Part shown: in pieces, positions 52,213 through 63,202 of the stretch
How the letters are laid out: each line of letters opens with the position of its first letter
Position numbering within the stretch: position 1 is the first letter of the stretch
Assembly (NCBI GenBank): GCA_001687465.1
Contig: LVLI01000063.1
Span: forward strand, 1-64,000
From: Halocafeteria seosinensis
Lineage: Eukaryota
DNA length: 64,000 nt
Direction of reading: 5' to 3'
Made by a program: the position numbers and the translations under genes
Notes under the pieces: model-generated
Seen by the model: the letters and a program-made list of their open reading frames with translations, nothing else
Database searches by the model: none
What the model was told of the DNA's origin: nothing

Positions 52213-52563
52213 TATGCTGAAATTCGAGCCGTGTAATACAAGCAACGAAATACTTAACCTTTTTTCTCCTCCTTTAAAACAAAAGTGAACCTTTTACACT
52301 ACTGGTGTTCCTTGCGGAGAAAAAAATATCAACAATCGGATTTGATTCCTGAGAGTAACAAGATCGAACCCTCACAGGAGAAATCTTTTGCAAGGGGGTG
52401 GAAAACATGCCGTTCTCCGTTGATTACTACTGTCGTAAGCAACACAGCCACACTTTAAATGACATTCACGCATCCCAAATCTAACAACAGCTCAATGCGC
52501 GATAGACACTGAGCTTCTATACTATTGAACTACCGGATCCCATTGAAACTACACAAGCCTAAT

Positions 52564-53804
52564 TTAAATTCCATGTGTATAAAGATTTAAGTCACTTCTT
52601 CTTCCGTGGGCAATATTCCAAATCAGCCCCAAGGCGGGGGCCATATTGCCATCGTTTAGAATTATGAGATCATATTTGTGTGAGAACTGTCGAAGCAGCT
52701 GATCGCTTTCTTGATTTAAGAATCCGATCCTTAACACCATGTCGTGATCCTCGTCTGATCCATTAGAAAATACGAAAAGGTTACGCCAACCCCTATCGCA
52801 TTTCATTTGTCTATGAACATACCTCTAGCCATATCGACATCGCCCATTCCATCGCCCAGCAGAATGACATGCTGTCGTTCTCTCAGCCTGTTGTAATATG
52901 AAGTGTACTTTATATGCCTATCATCTTTGTTGAACATGTGTATCAGGGGATCGCTAAAACCTGTTTTCGACATACGTTTGAAACGTGGTGGTCTATCATT
53001 AAGGTGGTTAACAAGTTGATATCAACTGAGAGCTTACCTGCCAGTCCACCGTTTCGGTCGAACAACATCCAGTTAGATATTATATGCGTCTGATGGCCAA
53101 GTGCGCCATACTTTTGCTTTATAACTTCCGACAACAGGTTGCCGATCCCAGCACTAAAAATTAAGAACGGTATTTGATAGCGCTCTACCATATCAAAGAG
53201 CGTCGCAGCACCCGGTCGTAACTGGATGTTCGCTCCCTTGACTGCTTGGTGAACGTCATGACGATGAAAAGACTCCTTAAGCAACATTTCATGGTTTCCT
53301 TGGTACCTGCATGCATTATCCTTATCTTCAGTACACACACCTGAGTACTTCGAACATTACTCACCATTTTTCCATGAGAGGTACCTTCTCGTCAATGGTA
53401 TAGTCCGGGGAAGTCTCAATGGGGAAGTACGTATCAAAGAGTTTTTTCACTCCATTATGGTATCTTTGTGAGAGTTTGGGGAACTTCTCTATAACGCCGT
53501 GGCATGATTCTCCTCGCTCGCCATCAGGACCATGAAATGCCGTGAGGGTTCTATCAAAATCAGCTATGATTTGGAGTTTCTCCAATCCTCCAGCATGAAG
53601 TTTTTCCCTTTTCTCCTTGTACTCTTCCGGACGTGGAATCACCACACGGGGATATTCTAAATCTGCTATAGCTCGTTTGATGTGCTCTTTACGGGGAATG
53701 CCTTCTGGAGTGAATTTGTTCCTGAAGTGGTGTCGCAAGATCGTGAGAGCTCCCAGGGCAGAGCTAATCACTGCAAACGCCCCAGCATCGAAACCCGTAT
53801 CCAT
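52564..53804 (-). CDS. NT5C3: Cytosolic 5'-nucleotidase III (pyrimidine/m7GMP 5'-nucleotidase), HAD family
   Basis: IIADFDRTLT, EKVPLMEKW, IFSAGIG, IHMFNK, LLGDGMGD, IGFLN; three introns. Confidence 0.92.
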
Positions 53805-54233
53805 TCTTGTCTATTGTATACACCACAAAGGAGAATAAAAAATAAACAAGTTACTCCTACGTGTCGATATAGACTCGTTAACGCAACTTGACGGTGGTTC
53901 ATGTGTGAAGGTGTGCATTTACGTGAACTTCGTGTCCCAGAGGTTACCAGGTTGCCAGGAATCACGTGCTCTGCGATTCGCATACTGCTGACGGCCCGGG
54001 TCAACGACCTACTAGTACTAACGGAAGCTAATGCAGCTGCTCCCATCTATTATTGCCCTGTTTACACACAAGAAGCAGCGGTAGATGAAAACTACTCTTC
54101 CAAAGGAGGGTGAGACAGTGCACGATGCGGACAAAGGGAAACACTCTTCAAGATCAAAATCCTAGGAAGCAGCATTCTGCCGCTTCCAAGCATATTTTGG
54201 ACATACCCGAGTCAATTGTAGAAGTCTACGACT

Positions 54234-55192
54234 TCAGGGACTCGAAAGCATCTTATGGACCTCTTCATGCTCAGTCACGAGCTGTTTCAGTCTTCGCGTA
54301 AATGAGTATAAAGGAAATCCGACGACATTGTAATAGCACCCCTCGATTCGTTTCACCAAAACAGAAGCGCGACCTGCAATAGTGTTCCATTAGAAATGGC
54401 CAGTTGAACAAATAGCTATTGTCTACTGAAGCCGAACCTTGGTACCCATAACCTCCGGCCTTATCATACGGTTCCCCAGTGTCCACGTATGCTGCAGCAT
54501 AATACTCATTTGAACGAAGAGCAAGCCATTAACCAAAGAGCAAGTCCTGACAGCCTACCTTCAATTTCTCTCTGCTCGAGGTCGCCAAAGACTACCGTTG
54601 TATGTTCCGCAAAGGTGGAGACGATAGGTTCTGCTTGTAATTCATCTGTCTGTTTTGGTACTAATAAGCAGACCCCTGAAACTACATAGTGCTCAGACCC
54701 AGAAAGGTTTTGTATCATCTCCCGGGCATGATTTCTGTCCTCAGGCTTCTCGAGTATGGTATTATTGTGCACCTGTGGAATGTGGAAGTAGGCGAACAAC
54801 TGCGAGATGGGATTCTTATATCAGCGCTGGCAAAATTTACTTACGACCACAGTATCGCACCCGATAATCAGGTCAGCTGAATTCTTATTACGTAGTGTTT
54901 CATAGACGCTTAAAGCTTTCTGTCTGGCGTTCTCGATAACATAGTCAGCCTGTCCACTCGAAAGGGAAAGAACGAAGCACATAGATGGATTCAGTCAAAG
55001 CAGCCCATTAATATTTCCGACACGTACGGGTGTGGCGAATCTCGATTTGTCCAGTGTTTCTTCAAATTGCGACGGCTGTATCACAAGGTTCGCCAGTCCA
55101 GCGTTCTGTTCCAAGATTTCTTTCCTCCGGGGACTCTTACTCGCTAAGACTACGACCCGTCTGCTCAGCGCTGGGAGAATATCTAATGCCAT
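54234..55192 (-). CDS. maf: Maf-family nucleoside triphosphate pyrophosphatase (YhdE/ASMTL-like), spliced
   Basis: VLASKSPRRKEIL, GADTVV, ILEKP, EPYDKAGGYG, IEGCYYNVVGFP; stop at 54234-54236. Confidence 0.92.
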
Positions 55193-55564
55193 CTTTCGTC
55201 TCGTTTTCTTGTATCAGCCTTCATTTATAGCCAGGGAAACAATCCATTCAATTTAATTGTCGCCACCTTCACAAGTCATGTCTCCCAAAAAAGCGCGCCA
55301 TACCAGCACACCGTGTTCATGCACCCTACACAGTGTCAGGTTTGATAAGGTATACTCACTCAGTGGAACGATTTGATACGCTTTTGAGCTCCTACTGGTC
55401 CCTGATCATTGCACAGAGAGAGAACCTGTTCATCATCTTGTAACGCACATTTTCGAAGTTGAAGTTTGCCCTTCATGGGGTTTGTATTGGAGATATACAC
55501 AGCCTTTTAGCGGATACGTCGATCATTTTCCACTCAACATAGAATATAGAAGGTACCTGTAGCC

Positions 55565-57220
55565 ATGCCGAAGAAAAAAGGAGGAAAGAAAGGGGGCAAA
55601 GAGAAAGCCCCTGCTGAGCCACCCCTTCCAGTAAGTGCGAAATGGGGATTCCGAGGATGGATCAAGTAATACCAGGTTTAATTTTTCGCTTTGCCGCAGC
55701 GAGATTTCACGACGGCGCCTCCGTTAGACGGATGCAATGGAAATGTCGCCGTGGAACACTTACAACAGAACCGTAAAATACATCGGGTTCAGTCGGTACG
55801 TTGGACGGACGATGATCAGCGACGAACGTTGGAACCAGGGTTGTAATTGCTTGTGCAGGAAGTCGCTGAATTTGCTATTTCCAAAGCCCGCGACGCTGGC
55901 ATCAGGTCTGTCGCAATTGATGGCCTATCGTTACACGAGCTGCCGGAAACCATCCATGAACTGGCATACCTACAAGAGCTGAACGCAAGCGAGAATTTAT
56001 TGACAAACGGTACGAACTGATGCTTATCGCAGTGCATGCTCCATTCGATTTTGCACGGAAATATACTAAGATGCAGAGGTGTTCGTTACGCTGGAAAGCT
56101 TTCCGACGCTACGAGCTCTTAATCTGAACAAGAATTTCCTGTCAGGGGTGCTACCGGAACAAGTAGGGGCACTTACTGAGCTGCGGGAACTTGAGATGGA
56201 CGGTAAGTATAGCATTGTTAACAACGGAAATCAAACATGTTTGTTCAATTAATTGTTTTTGCAGATAACGTCATAGATGAATTGCCACCTGAAGGGGCAC
56301 TCCTGAACAACTTGAGCGTCCTCACAGTACGAAACAATAGACTTAAGACGCTCAGTGAAACGTGTTGCATGAGTTGGGAAAATCTGGTGCATCTGGACCT
56401 ACGAAAAAATTTACTGGAAGAATTACCGGAAGAAATCGGATCCATGATTTCTTTGGAAAAGCTATGGCTGGATCAAAACCAATTATCCACACTTCCCGCT
56501 AAAATAGGTCGATTAAAGAGTCTTCGAGTATTGAGTGTTTCTGAAAATTCACTCGCCTCTGTACCCTCGGAATTAAAGGAATGCAAGGCGCTTACAACCA
56601 TAAACTTCTCGCAAAACAAGCTTACTGAGCTGCCAGAAGATCTCTTTGAAACGTTAGAGAATTTAGAAGAATTCCTTATGCACGACAATAAGGTGAGAGA
56701 AATCCCTGGCACAATATCCCAATGCACGGGCTTGCAGATACTGTCGCTTGCCAACAATGCGTTAACGAACTTACCTGAAGGGATGGGGAAGTGCGCAGAA
56801 ATTCGAGAAGTGTACCTCCAGAATAATGCGAAGGTAAAGCATCTACTGAATGTGTCATTTGGGTTCTAGTTTGTACTCAATTATGTTGAAGTTACAGCTT
56901 GGAACACTACCTGAGTCCATCACGGCGTGGAAAAAACTAAAGCTGTTGACGACTAAAGGATGCAAACTTAAGTCGTTGCCAGAGTAAGTACCGACCACTC
57001 CGGAGCAGTAGTAGTTTCCGGAGTAAAATCGCTACTCCTAAGTGTTTGCAGAGAAATCCGAAACGAGTGGGAAGAATGTGAATACATTGACGTGAGCAGT
57101 AAGGGCAAGAAACCGTCCTGTAAACTGCCAGAGGAGGTTGTAGAGGGAATGGAAGAGAGATGCAAGATAGTGGGGTATGCATTAGCGAAGAAAAAAGGGA
57201 AAGGGAAAGGCAAAAAATAA
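55565..57220 (+). CDS. Leucine-rich repeat protein with Lys-rich termini, spliced
   Basis: Repeated LxxLxLxxNxLxxLP units; MPKKKGGKK start and KKKGKGKGKK end. Confidence 0.88.
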
Positions 57221-57335
57221 TACACAGTCACATGGTCTCATTAGTTTAGAGTCTACGGCTAGACAGATAGTTGGGAAAGGCAAAAAAAATACACAGTCAT
57301 ATGGTCTCATTAGTTTAGAGTCTACGGCTAGACAG
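57203..57335. repeat. Tandem ~64-bp duplication (57203-57266 and 57273-57335)
   Basis: gggaaaggcaaaaaa..tacacagtca.atggtctcattagtttagagtctacggctagacag occurs twice. Confidence 0.95.
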
Positions 57336-59005
57336 TTTCAACTTGTTTCTTCTCTCCTCGGGAAGTGCTGTTAAAGAGTTCTCGTCTCACTTCCGGGGTA
57401 ATTGCGTAATGGTAGTGAGTTTTCAAGAGATCTTTCAACCGCTGCTTTTGTTCCCAAGTGATGTCCTGTTTATATCGCTGAGCAAAATTCAACAAACTCT
57501 GATGCCATATCACTGGTAACTTTCCTTCTGTTTCCGTAAATTTCATAAAATGTTCGACGACGGCGTCGACGACACGGTAAGGAAGCGTATACTTTTTGTT
57601 GATCAGTGCAGACATAAACAGACTCTGTGCCCCCGAGTAACGCATTTGAGCCAGCTTCAGTAGTGCAGCAGCAGAGTGTATCTGTGGGACAGACATCTTT
57701 AGCACAACAGAACTCACGATGTGAGCTTCCCTTAGGGTGCAGTCTCCCGACGAGCACAGCGGCAGTAGAATGCCTTTGTAGAACGCAGCCGGTTTATAAC
57801 AGGCCTTCTTTAGAGCTCGATACAAATGATAGTTCAACTTTTTCGTGGTAGCAATGTCGTCTCGAACTGCCGGTAACAAAATGTTGTTAAAAAACCGCTG
57901 CGCCCGGGCAGGGTCTAAATTTGAAGCAAATATCCTTGTCGCAGCGTATACAGCGTGGGGAGACCACTCTTCCGGCCGCGTAAGGTACAAGAGCTCTTCC
58001 CAATTGGAAAGGCCTGGTAAGATCTTGAACACTTTAGGCAACTTGCCAGACTTGTAGCGCTTTAGGAAATCACCCACTTCCGAATATACTTTCACTAGTT
58101 TTGGATCCACTTTTGGCTCTGCGTCTTCTTCTGCTTCCACGACCTCGTCTCCTTCTTGTCTTTTCTGTTTCTCTGAAATTTTATTCATAACTATGTCTGC
58201 CAGTGATCGTCGAGGTCCGGCTTCCAAATTCATAAACCGGCGAAACAAAGCTTCATCTTCTGGATCCGCCTTAACCTCCACATATTCACCATCCAACTTC
58301 ACAGCTGCAGTCAACAAAGGCATCAAAACAATACTGACGTAGCACGACACAAACAAAAAGCACTCGTGGCTGTCAAGGAGAGCGTACGTACCACCACTTG
58401 GTATGTTGCTGTCATCGTCGTCGGATTCTTCGTCTTCATCATCCCCATCTTGAAGGGAGATCCGGTTCTGCTGGTTTCTGTCATTGAATCGTACCTGTTT
58501 GCGTTTCTTCCCACCTGATTGAAAGGCTGTTCCACTTGCTCCTGCAGCCCGTCCATCCTCTTCATCTATTTCAGCTTGTTGTGCGCGAGCTTCCCGAAAC
58601 ACTCGTTCACTAATTTTGTGCGGCAGGTATTCATTTTCTTCTCCTCCTCCATTACTTAAGTCTACATCCTCATCCTCTTCATCACGCTGCTGGTGTCTTT
58701 TGTTTTTCTTCTCCAACCCGACGTTTTCATCAGCATGTATCTGCATACAATATATAACCGCAAAGACATCCTCATCAAGGTGACACCACTCGAGTCCAAG
58801 GGGGAGAAACACCAAAGGTTTATGTTGCCCAAAGACGCCCAAAAAGCAAATTTCCAGCACACATATAGGAAATTCAATAAAATACCATACTAGCAATTGA
58901 AAATCTCCCGTAGATTATTCTAAATCCACTCTGAGGACTTACCTGCGTGATGAGAGGGTCTTGACGACGTGAGTCCCGACCGGGAGCCGGCTTGTGCTTT
59001 GGCAT
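57328..59005 (-). CDS. BYSL: Bystin/Enp1 40S assembly factor, two introns
   Basis: YKSGKLPKVFK, WSPHAVYAATRIF, LNYHLYRALKK, CTLREA, LPVIWHQSLL; ATG at 59005. Confidence 0.95.
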
Positions 59006-59599
59006 TTCTACCCCTTTAAGACGCCCTACTGTCGTATAACCGTTGGATCCAATGAAGGTATTCAGCACTGTAGCAGTGAACAACTATCTGCTGCTCCATC
59101 AACTAAGATGCCGTATGCACGCCGGGCACTCGGCGAGCCACTCGCAGGTTGGCTTCAACTTCAACTTGAGTCAGCATTTGTCTTGTGCTTACAATACTGG
59201 TACAATGTACCACAATTGTGCCAGTTTTACCAGTACAGAACAACACATAGCCCTCTTCTGAGCTTGTGGTCCATGTTTACCAGCAACACGGATTAAGTAG
59301 AACTTAAATTAAATTTGAAGCAGGCACACTTCCTCAAGGGATGGTACCCCTGGTAGCCTCCACCACCAACCAGCGATGGAACCACGATATGCTCGGATGA
59401 ATCCAATCAAAAAACCACGAAAAGTCCAAATATAACTGAAAAGAGCCGAATGAAAAAATCACAACTAACAATACCATACATACTTGCAATTGTACAACCG
59501 TAACGGTGCTGGCCGCTACTTGACATACATTCTACCCAAGGTGGAGTATTAGAAATTTAGTGTTCATACTCACACACACATATGTGACAGATAGCCCAT

Positions 59600-59750
59600 C
59601 GGCCGGGGAGTTGACCGCATCCTCTTAACGAGGAGCGGTATGCGCCCGTGTCAAGCAGCGACGGGCCCGCTGTTCATACTACTCTAGGCCGTAAGGAGCG
59701 AACCCTACCTGGAATCGCTCCAGGATCCTCACGTTGCGGGACATCAACGT
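59600..59750. other. GC-rich, highly structured element with tRNA-like 3' half on the minus strand
   Basis: Multiple stems; the minus strand reads ACGTTG-8nt-CAACGT-GAGGAT-CCTGG-AGCGATT-CCAGG. Confidence 0.4.
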
Positions 59751-59758
59751 TATAGATA

Positions 59759-59790
59759 ACACACACACACACACACATACATACATACAC
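59759..59790. repeat. (CA)n/(TACA)n microsatellite; shorter CA tract at 59571-59580
   Basis: acacacacacacacacacatacatacatacac. Confidence 0.9.
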
Positions 59791-60802
59791 TAGATACCCC
59801 AAAGGAAAGTGGTGAAGCAGCAGTGATCGTTGTCCAGTGGGGTACCATACTGTCGATACCAAAAATAAGGGCGAAAACATTTTTGCCATCTGTGTACAAG
59901 TACTATATAGACATGGAACGAGTTGTACCGGGTGAAAAAATACACGCTTTTTATTGTGCTCAAAGGTCTTTCCAAAATTCGCATTCGTTATCGAGATATG
60001 GGGTCTTGCCTGGCCACAAAACGTCGTTCACAAAGCGCAAGCGGGTTTCTTCTTCAAGACGTGTTTGTGAAGTTCTGGCAACTGGTCGCTAAAATTGGAA
60101 TTCCAGCGGCCTGTGGCAGTATTTACTAGCCATTTACGCCCATGCTCTGAACGAAAAACAGCTCCGTTTATCGATAATCCAGTACGATTCACTTGGGAGA
60201 AAAAAGAGCCAACTAAAAGTACACAGGAATGGCAAATTCCTGTTTAGAGCGTCATGCGGGCGGCTCATCGGCTACCAATGAGGAGTTCGAGCTACATTTT
60301 CCTTCTGTTGTCAAAGCCTGCTGCTGTGTCAAAGCTGCGGGAGTCCTCACTTTCACTTTGCGATACACTGTTGGAATCAGAGTCAGTGTTCTCATCATCA
60401 CCGCTGCTATCAGGAAGCGACTCGTCATCGGTATTGCATAGTAATTTTGCTCCTGTATCTCTTGCTGTGTGCCAGCTGCTGCACATGTGTGCTGCAGCCT
60501 GGTGGCGAGTGGTGCGTCGAGTATTCAAGTATAGCTTCGTCGGATTTAGGTGAATTTTCTGCTTATGTGCCGTATTATTAGCTGTAGCTGAGTCTTACAA
60601 TACCTATCTTTATGTCTAATGAAGAAGGAGTCCGGGAAATTGAGAAGGACTATAAGTTCTGAAGTTCTAAGAATCTGAACGCCTCTTGTGAAGCTTAACG
60701 TGGCCATATGTGAAAACTGAAATTGAGCGCCTTGGCTAGAGTGACAAATGTTTTCACAAATTCGGCTATATCTGGGATATTCACATTCTTGAATATATTT
60801 GG

Positions 60803-60969
60803 CCCTCCCTGTGAAACTTCATATTTGACTTTTTGGTCGTAAAAAACTCTAGATTTGCCTTTTCAAGTTAACTTTACGGTACTGTATACACCCTCCCTGT
60901 GAAACTTCATATTTGACTTTTTGGTCGTAAAAAACTCTGGATTTGCCTTTTCAAGTTAACTTTACGGTA
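60803..60969. repeat. Direct repeat, 2 x 79 bp (60803-60881, 60891-60969), one mismatch
   Basis: ccctccctgtgaaacttcatatttgactttttggtcgtaaaaaactct[a/g]gatttgccttttcaagttaactttacggta occurs twice. Confidence 0.97.
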
Positions 60970-61030
60970 TACTCCTTTTCGATGCTTCAAATTGAGTTTT
61001 ATGAGGTTTCGTTGCCATATGCACAGGATC

Positions 61031-63202
61031 ATGACTTCGACATCGAAGAAGTCGGTTTTTTTCTACGCATCCGTGAATCCATCGGACCCTGAGACATGGG
61101 CGGTAGAGGAGCACGATGAAGAGGCAACAGAAGACTTTGAGACAAAAAGGGAATTGGACCCGGCCACAGTGAAAGAGCGTATCAAGACGATCCGCGCGCT
61201 GGTGGGGTATTATTCAGAGAACAAGCTTGAGGGGTACGAGGCGCATGTCCGGAAGATGAAATGGGAAAAGGCGAAAGACATGGAAACTGAAGCACGCGGA
61301 CGAGAACAGCCACACCTCGTCTGGCCTGAGCTGTCCGATATGCTGTCTTGCAAGCTGCCATTGCCTCGTGTATGGTTGGGTTACTGCATCTCAGAGTTCG
61401 GATCTGGTGATATTCACCGGGGTGATGCCATCTCGCTTTGCCAACATCTCAATAGTCTTCTTGGGCATGTATGGGCTGCATGCATGGCGATTGCGTTACA
61501 CCCCCAATCGGCAGCGGCAGGTACAAGGCCGGCAACTGTTCCGTTACTCACGAAAGTCGTCGATCATTGGCGCGCAGACTTCGAATCCGGAGCACAGCGT
61601 GTGGCCCAGCCACAAGGTGGTCCCGCTGAGCTGTGTTCACATCCTTCGGGTCTCATTTGGAAGTCAACAACGCCAATTGACCCCGCTGAATGCCCAACAT
61701 TCTTGGGCATCTGGACAGTCGGAAAAACTCGCGAGCCCGAGCGAGGTGGTAGGCTGGCCGAACAGATTGCGTCTGCGGTGCGGCATCTGATCTTCGCCTG
61801 GAAAGGAAAACCGACGCTGGTCCGCGTGCTGTATCTAGATGGTGCCGACTTCGATTTGGAGCGGGTGGACTCAGACGACGTATCTGGATGGAAAAATGAG
61901 ATGGTAGACCAGATCGAGCCGTTGCTGAGTACATGGGGATTCGAGCGGAGTGGCACGTGGACCTGGAAGCCTCCGACTCGTAGAGCAGAGTACCAGCACC
62001 CAGAAGAGCGACGCGAAGCAACACTATTGGCCCTAACATGGTCATCCGCGACTTTCGAGGCGACACTGAAAGCCGTCCGCCAAGCTCTTCCTAGTGTACA
62101 CTTGTCCTGTAGTGAGCCGAAGACCGCGACCCTGTTCAGCAACAGCACAAGTCAGGTCCGTGCGCTCCTCCAACGCGCGGGACTCGAGTGCCCCGATTGG
62201 CAGGTCGAAGGTATTATCCGGTTTTCGGCCATCCCCCATCGTGGCCAGAATATCGAGCAGGTTATTGCTTCCGAGATAATTCCAGGGGTTTGTCAGGACG
62301 TACGTCAGCGAATGGACGACGATGGCATGACCTTGGCCGACGCTCTCGCTGTCGATGGCACGGTGACGCAGGAGGTCCGGAACGAACTGCTTGCACTGCT
62401 ACACGATGGCGAGCCATGCATTGTTCACGCCCCGGCGACGTACTGGCTGCGGCTCATCTTAATGCGACGTCTCCGAGGTCGGCAGGTGCCAGACTGGACA
62501 AACGACGTGGGGGACGAATGGGGGGATATGAACTTTAGTGTGGGCAAAAAGAACAAGCGTGTCCCATGTCAAGGGGTTTGGTGTCATTACGCCGGAGAGC
62601 GAATGGATAACGAAGGCGAACGTGATCATGAGCTGCAATCGATACTCGCGGCGAAAGAGGTAGAGATTGGAAACGCAGATCACGTGTTCGTGTACCACGG
62701 TACTATGGCTAAGCACGTACCCTCTGTTCTCCGCACAGTCCATATTGACGAGAATAGAGAATGGTGGGATTTCGGGCGTGGCTTCTACACCAATTATGAC
62801 TCTGAGGCGGCCGCGCAGTGGGCTTATAGCGGATCTACTGTTGGAGGAGGGATCCCTGCAGTGATGGGTTTCGCCATTCCACGAGAAGAGTGGGACCGTT
62901 TCGATAGGCTGGACTTCAGCCTGGAGCCGCACAGACGCGACTGGTTCAACACGGTGAGTGACTGTCGCGATTCTTGCCCTCCCGAGTATCTGAAGAGCTA
63001 CGACGTCGTCGAAGGGCCGATGTGGGGCAATCCAGATTCTTCGGAGGACGCCGCACCTCGAGTTTCGCACCAGGTGGCCTTCAGGGTGGCACGGGTCCTA
63101 AACACGGCACAAAAGTTCTTCGTTCTGCTCGATAGGGAAAGCAACGACATAAAGCAAAAAAGTGGTCAAGTGAAATTTAATGTGTATTGTCCATCGCAAT
63201 GA
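61031..63202 (+). CDS. Intronless protein with unknown N-terminal region and C-terminal DUF3990 (ADP-ribosyltransferase-like) domain
   Basis: Long ORF (in-frame ATGs at 61001, 61019, 61031). VYHGT...DFGRGFYT...AAQWA...YDVVEGPM...QVAF is the DUF3990 motif series. Confidence 0.75.
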   Translation: MTSTSKKSVFFYASVNPSDPETWAVEEHDEEATEDFETKRELDPATVKERIKTIRALVGYYSENKLEGYEAHVRKMKWEKAKDMETEARGREQPHLVWPELSDMLSCKLPLPRVWLGYCISEFGSGDIHRGDAISLCQHLNSLLGHVWAACMAIALHPQSAAAGTRPATVPLLTKVVDHWRADFESGAQRVAQPQGGPAELCSHPSGLIWKSTTPIDPAECPTFLGIWTVGKTREPERGGRLAEQIASAVRHLIFAWKGKPTLVRVLYLDGADFDLERVDSDDVSGWKNEMVDQIEPLLSTWGFERSGTWTWKPPTRRAEYQHPEERREATLLALTWSSATFEATLKAVRQALPSVHLSCSEPKTATLFSNSTSQVRALLQRAGLECPDWQVEGIIRFSAIPHRGQNIEQVIASEIIPGVCQDVRQRMDDDGMTLADALAVDGTVTQEVRNELLALLHDGEPCIVHAPATYWLRLILMRRLRGRQVPDWTNDVGDEWGDMNFSVGKKNKRVPCQGVWCHYAGERMDNEGERDHELQSILAAKEVEIGNADHVFVYHGTMAKHVPSVLRTVHIDENREWWDFGRGFYTNYDSEAAAQWAYSGSTVGGGIPAVMGFAIPREEWDRFDRLDFSLEPHRRDWFNTVSDCRDSCPPEYLKSYDVVEGPMWGNPDSSEDAAPRVSHQVAFRVARVLNTAQKFFVLLDRESNDIKQKSGQVKFNVYCPSQ

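Noticed and set aside
52249..52262. U1 snRNA-like 5' end (ATACTTAACCT)
   Set aside because: Imperfect, with no U1 stem-loops or Sm site downstream.
59640..59750. Twister or HDV ribozyme, or telomerase RNA template (AACCCTA)
   Set aside because: Core spacing does not fit either ribozyme consensus, and the template-like word is not a 1.5x periodic repeat.
60803..60969. CRISPR array or LTR pair
   Set aside because: Only two 79-bp units separated by 9 bp, with no cas or retroelement genes.
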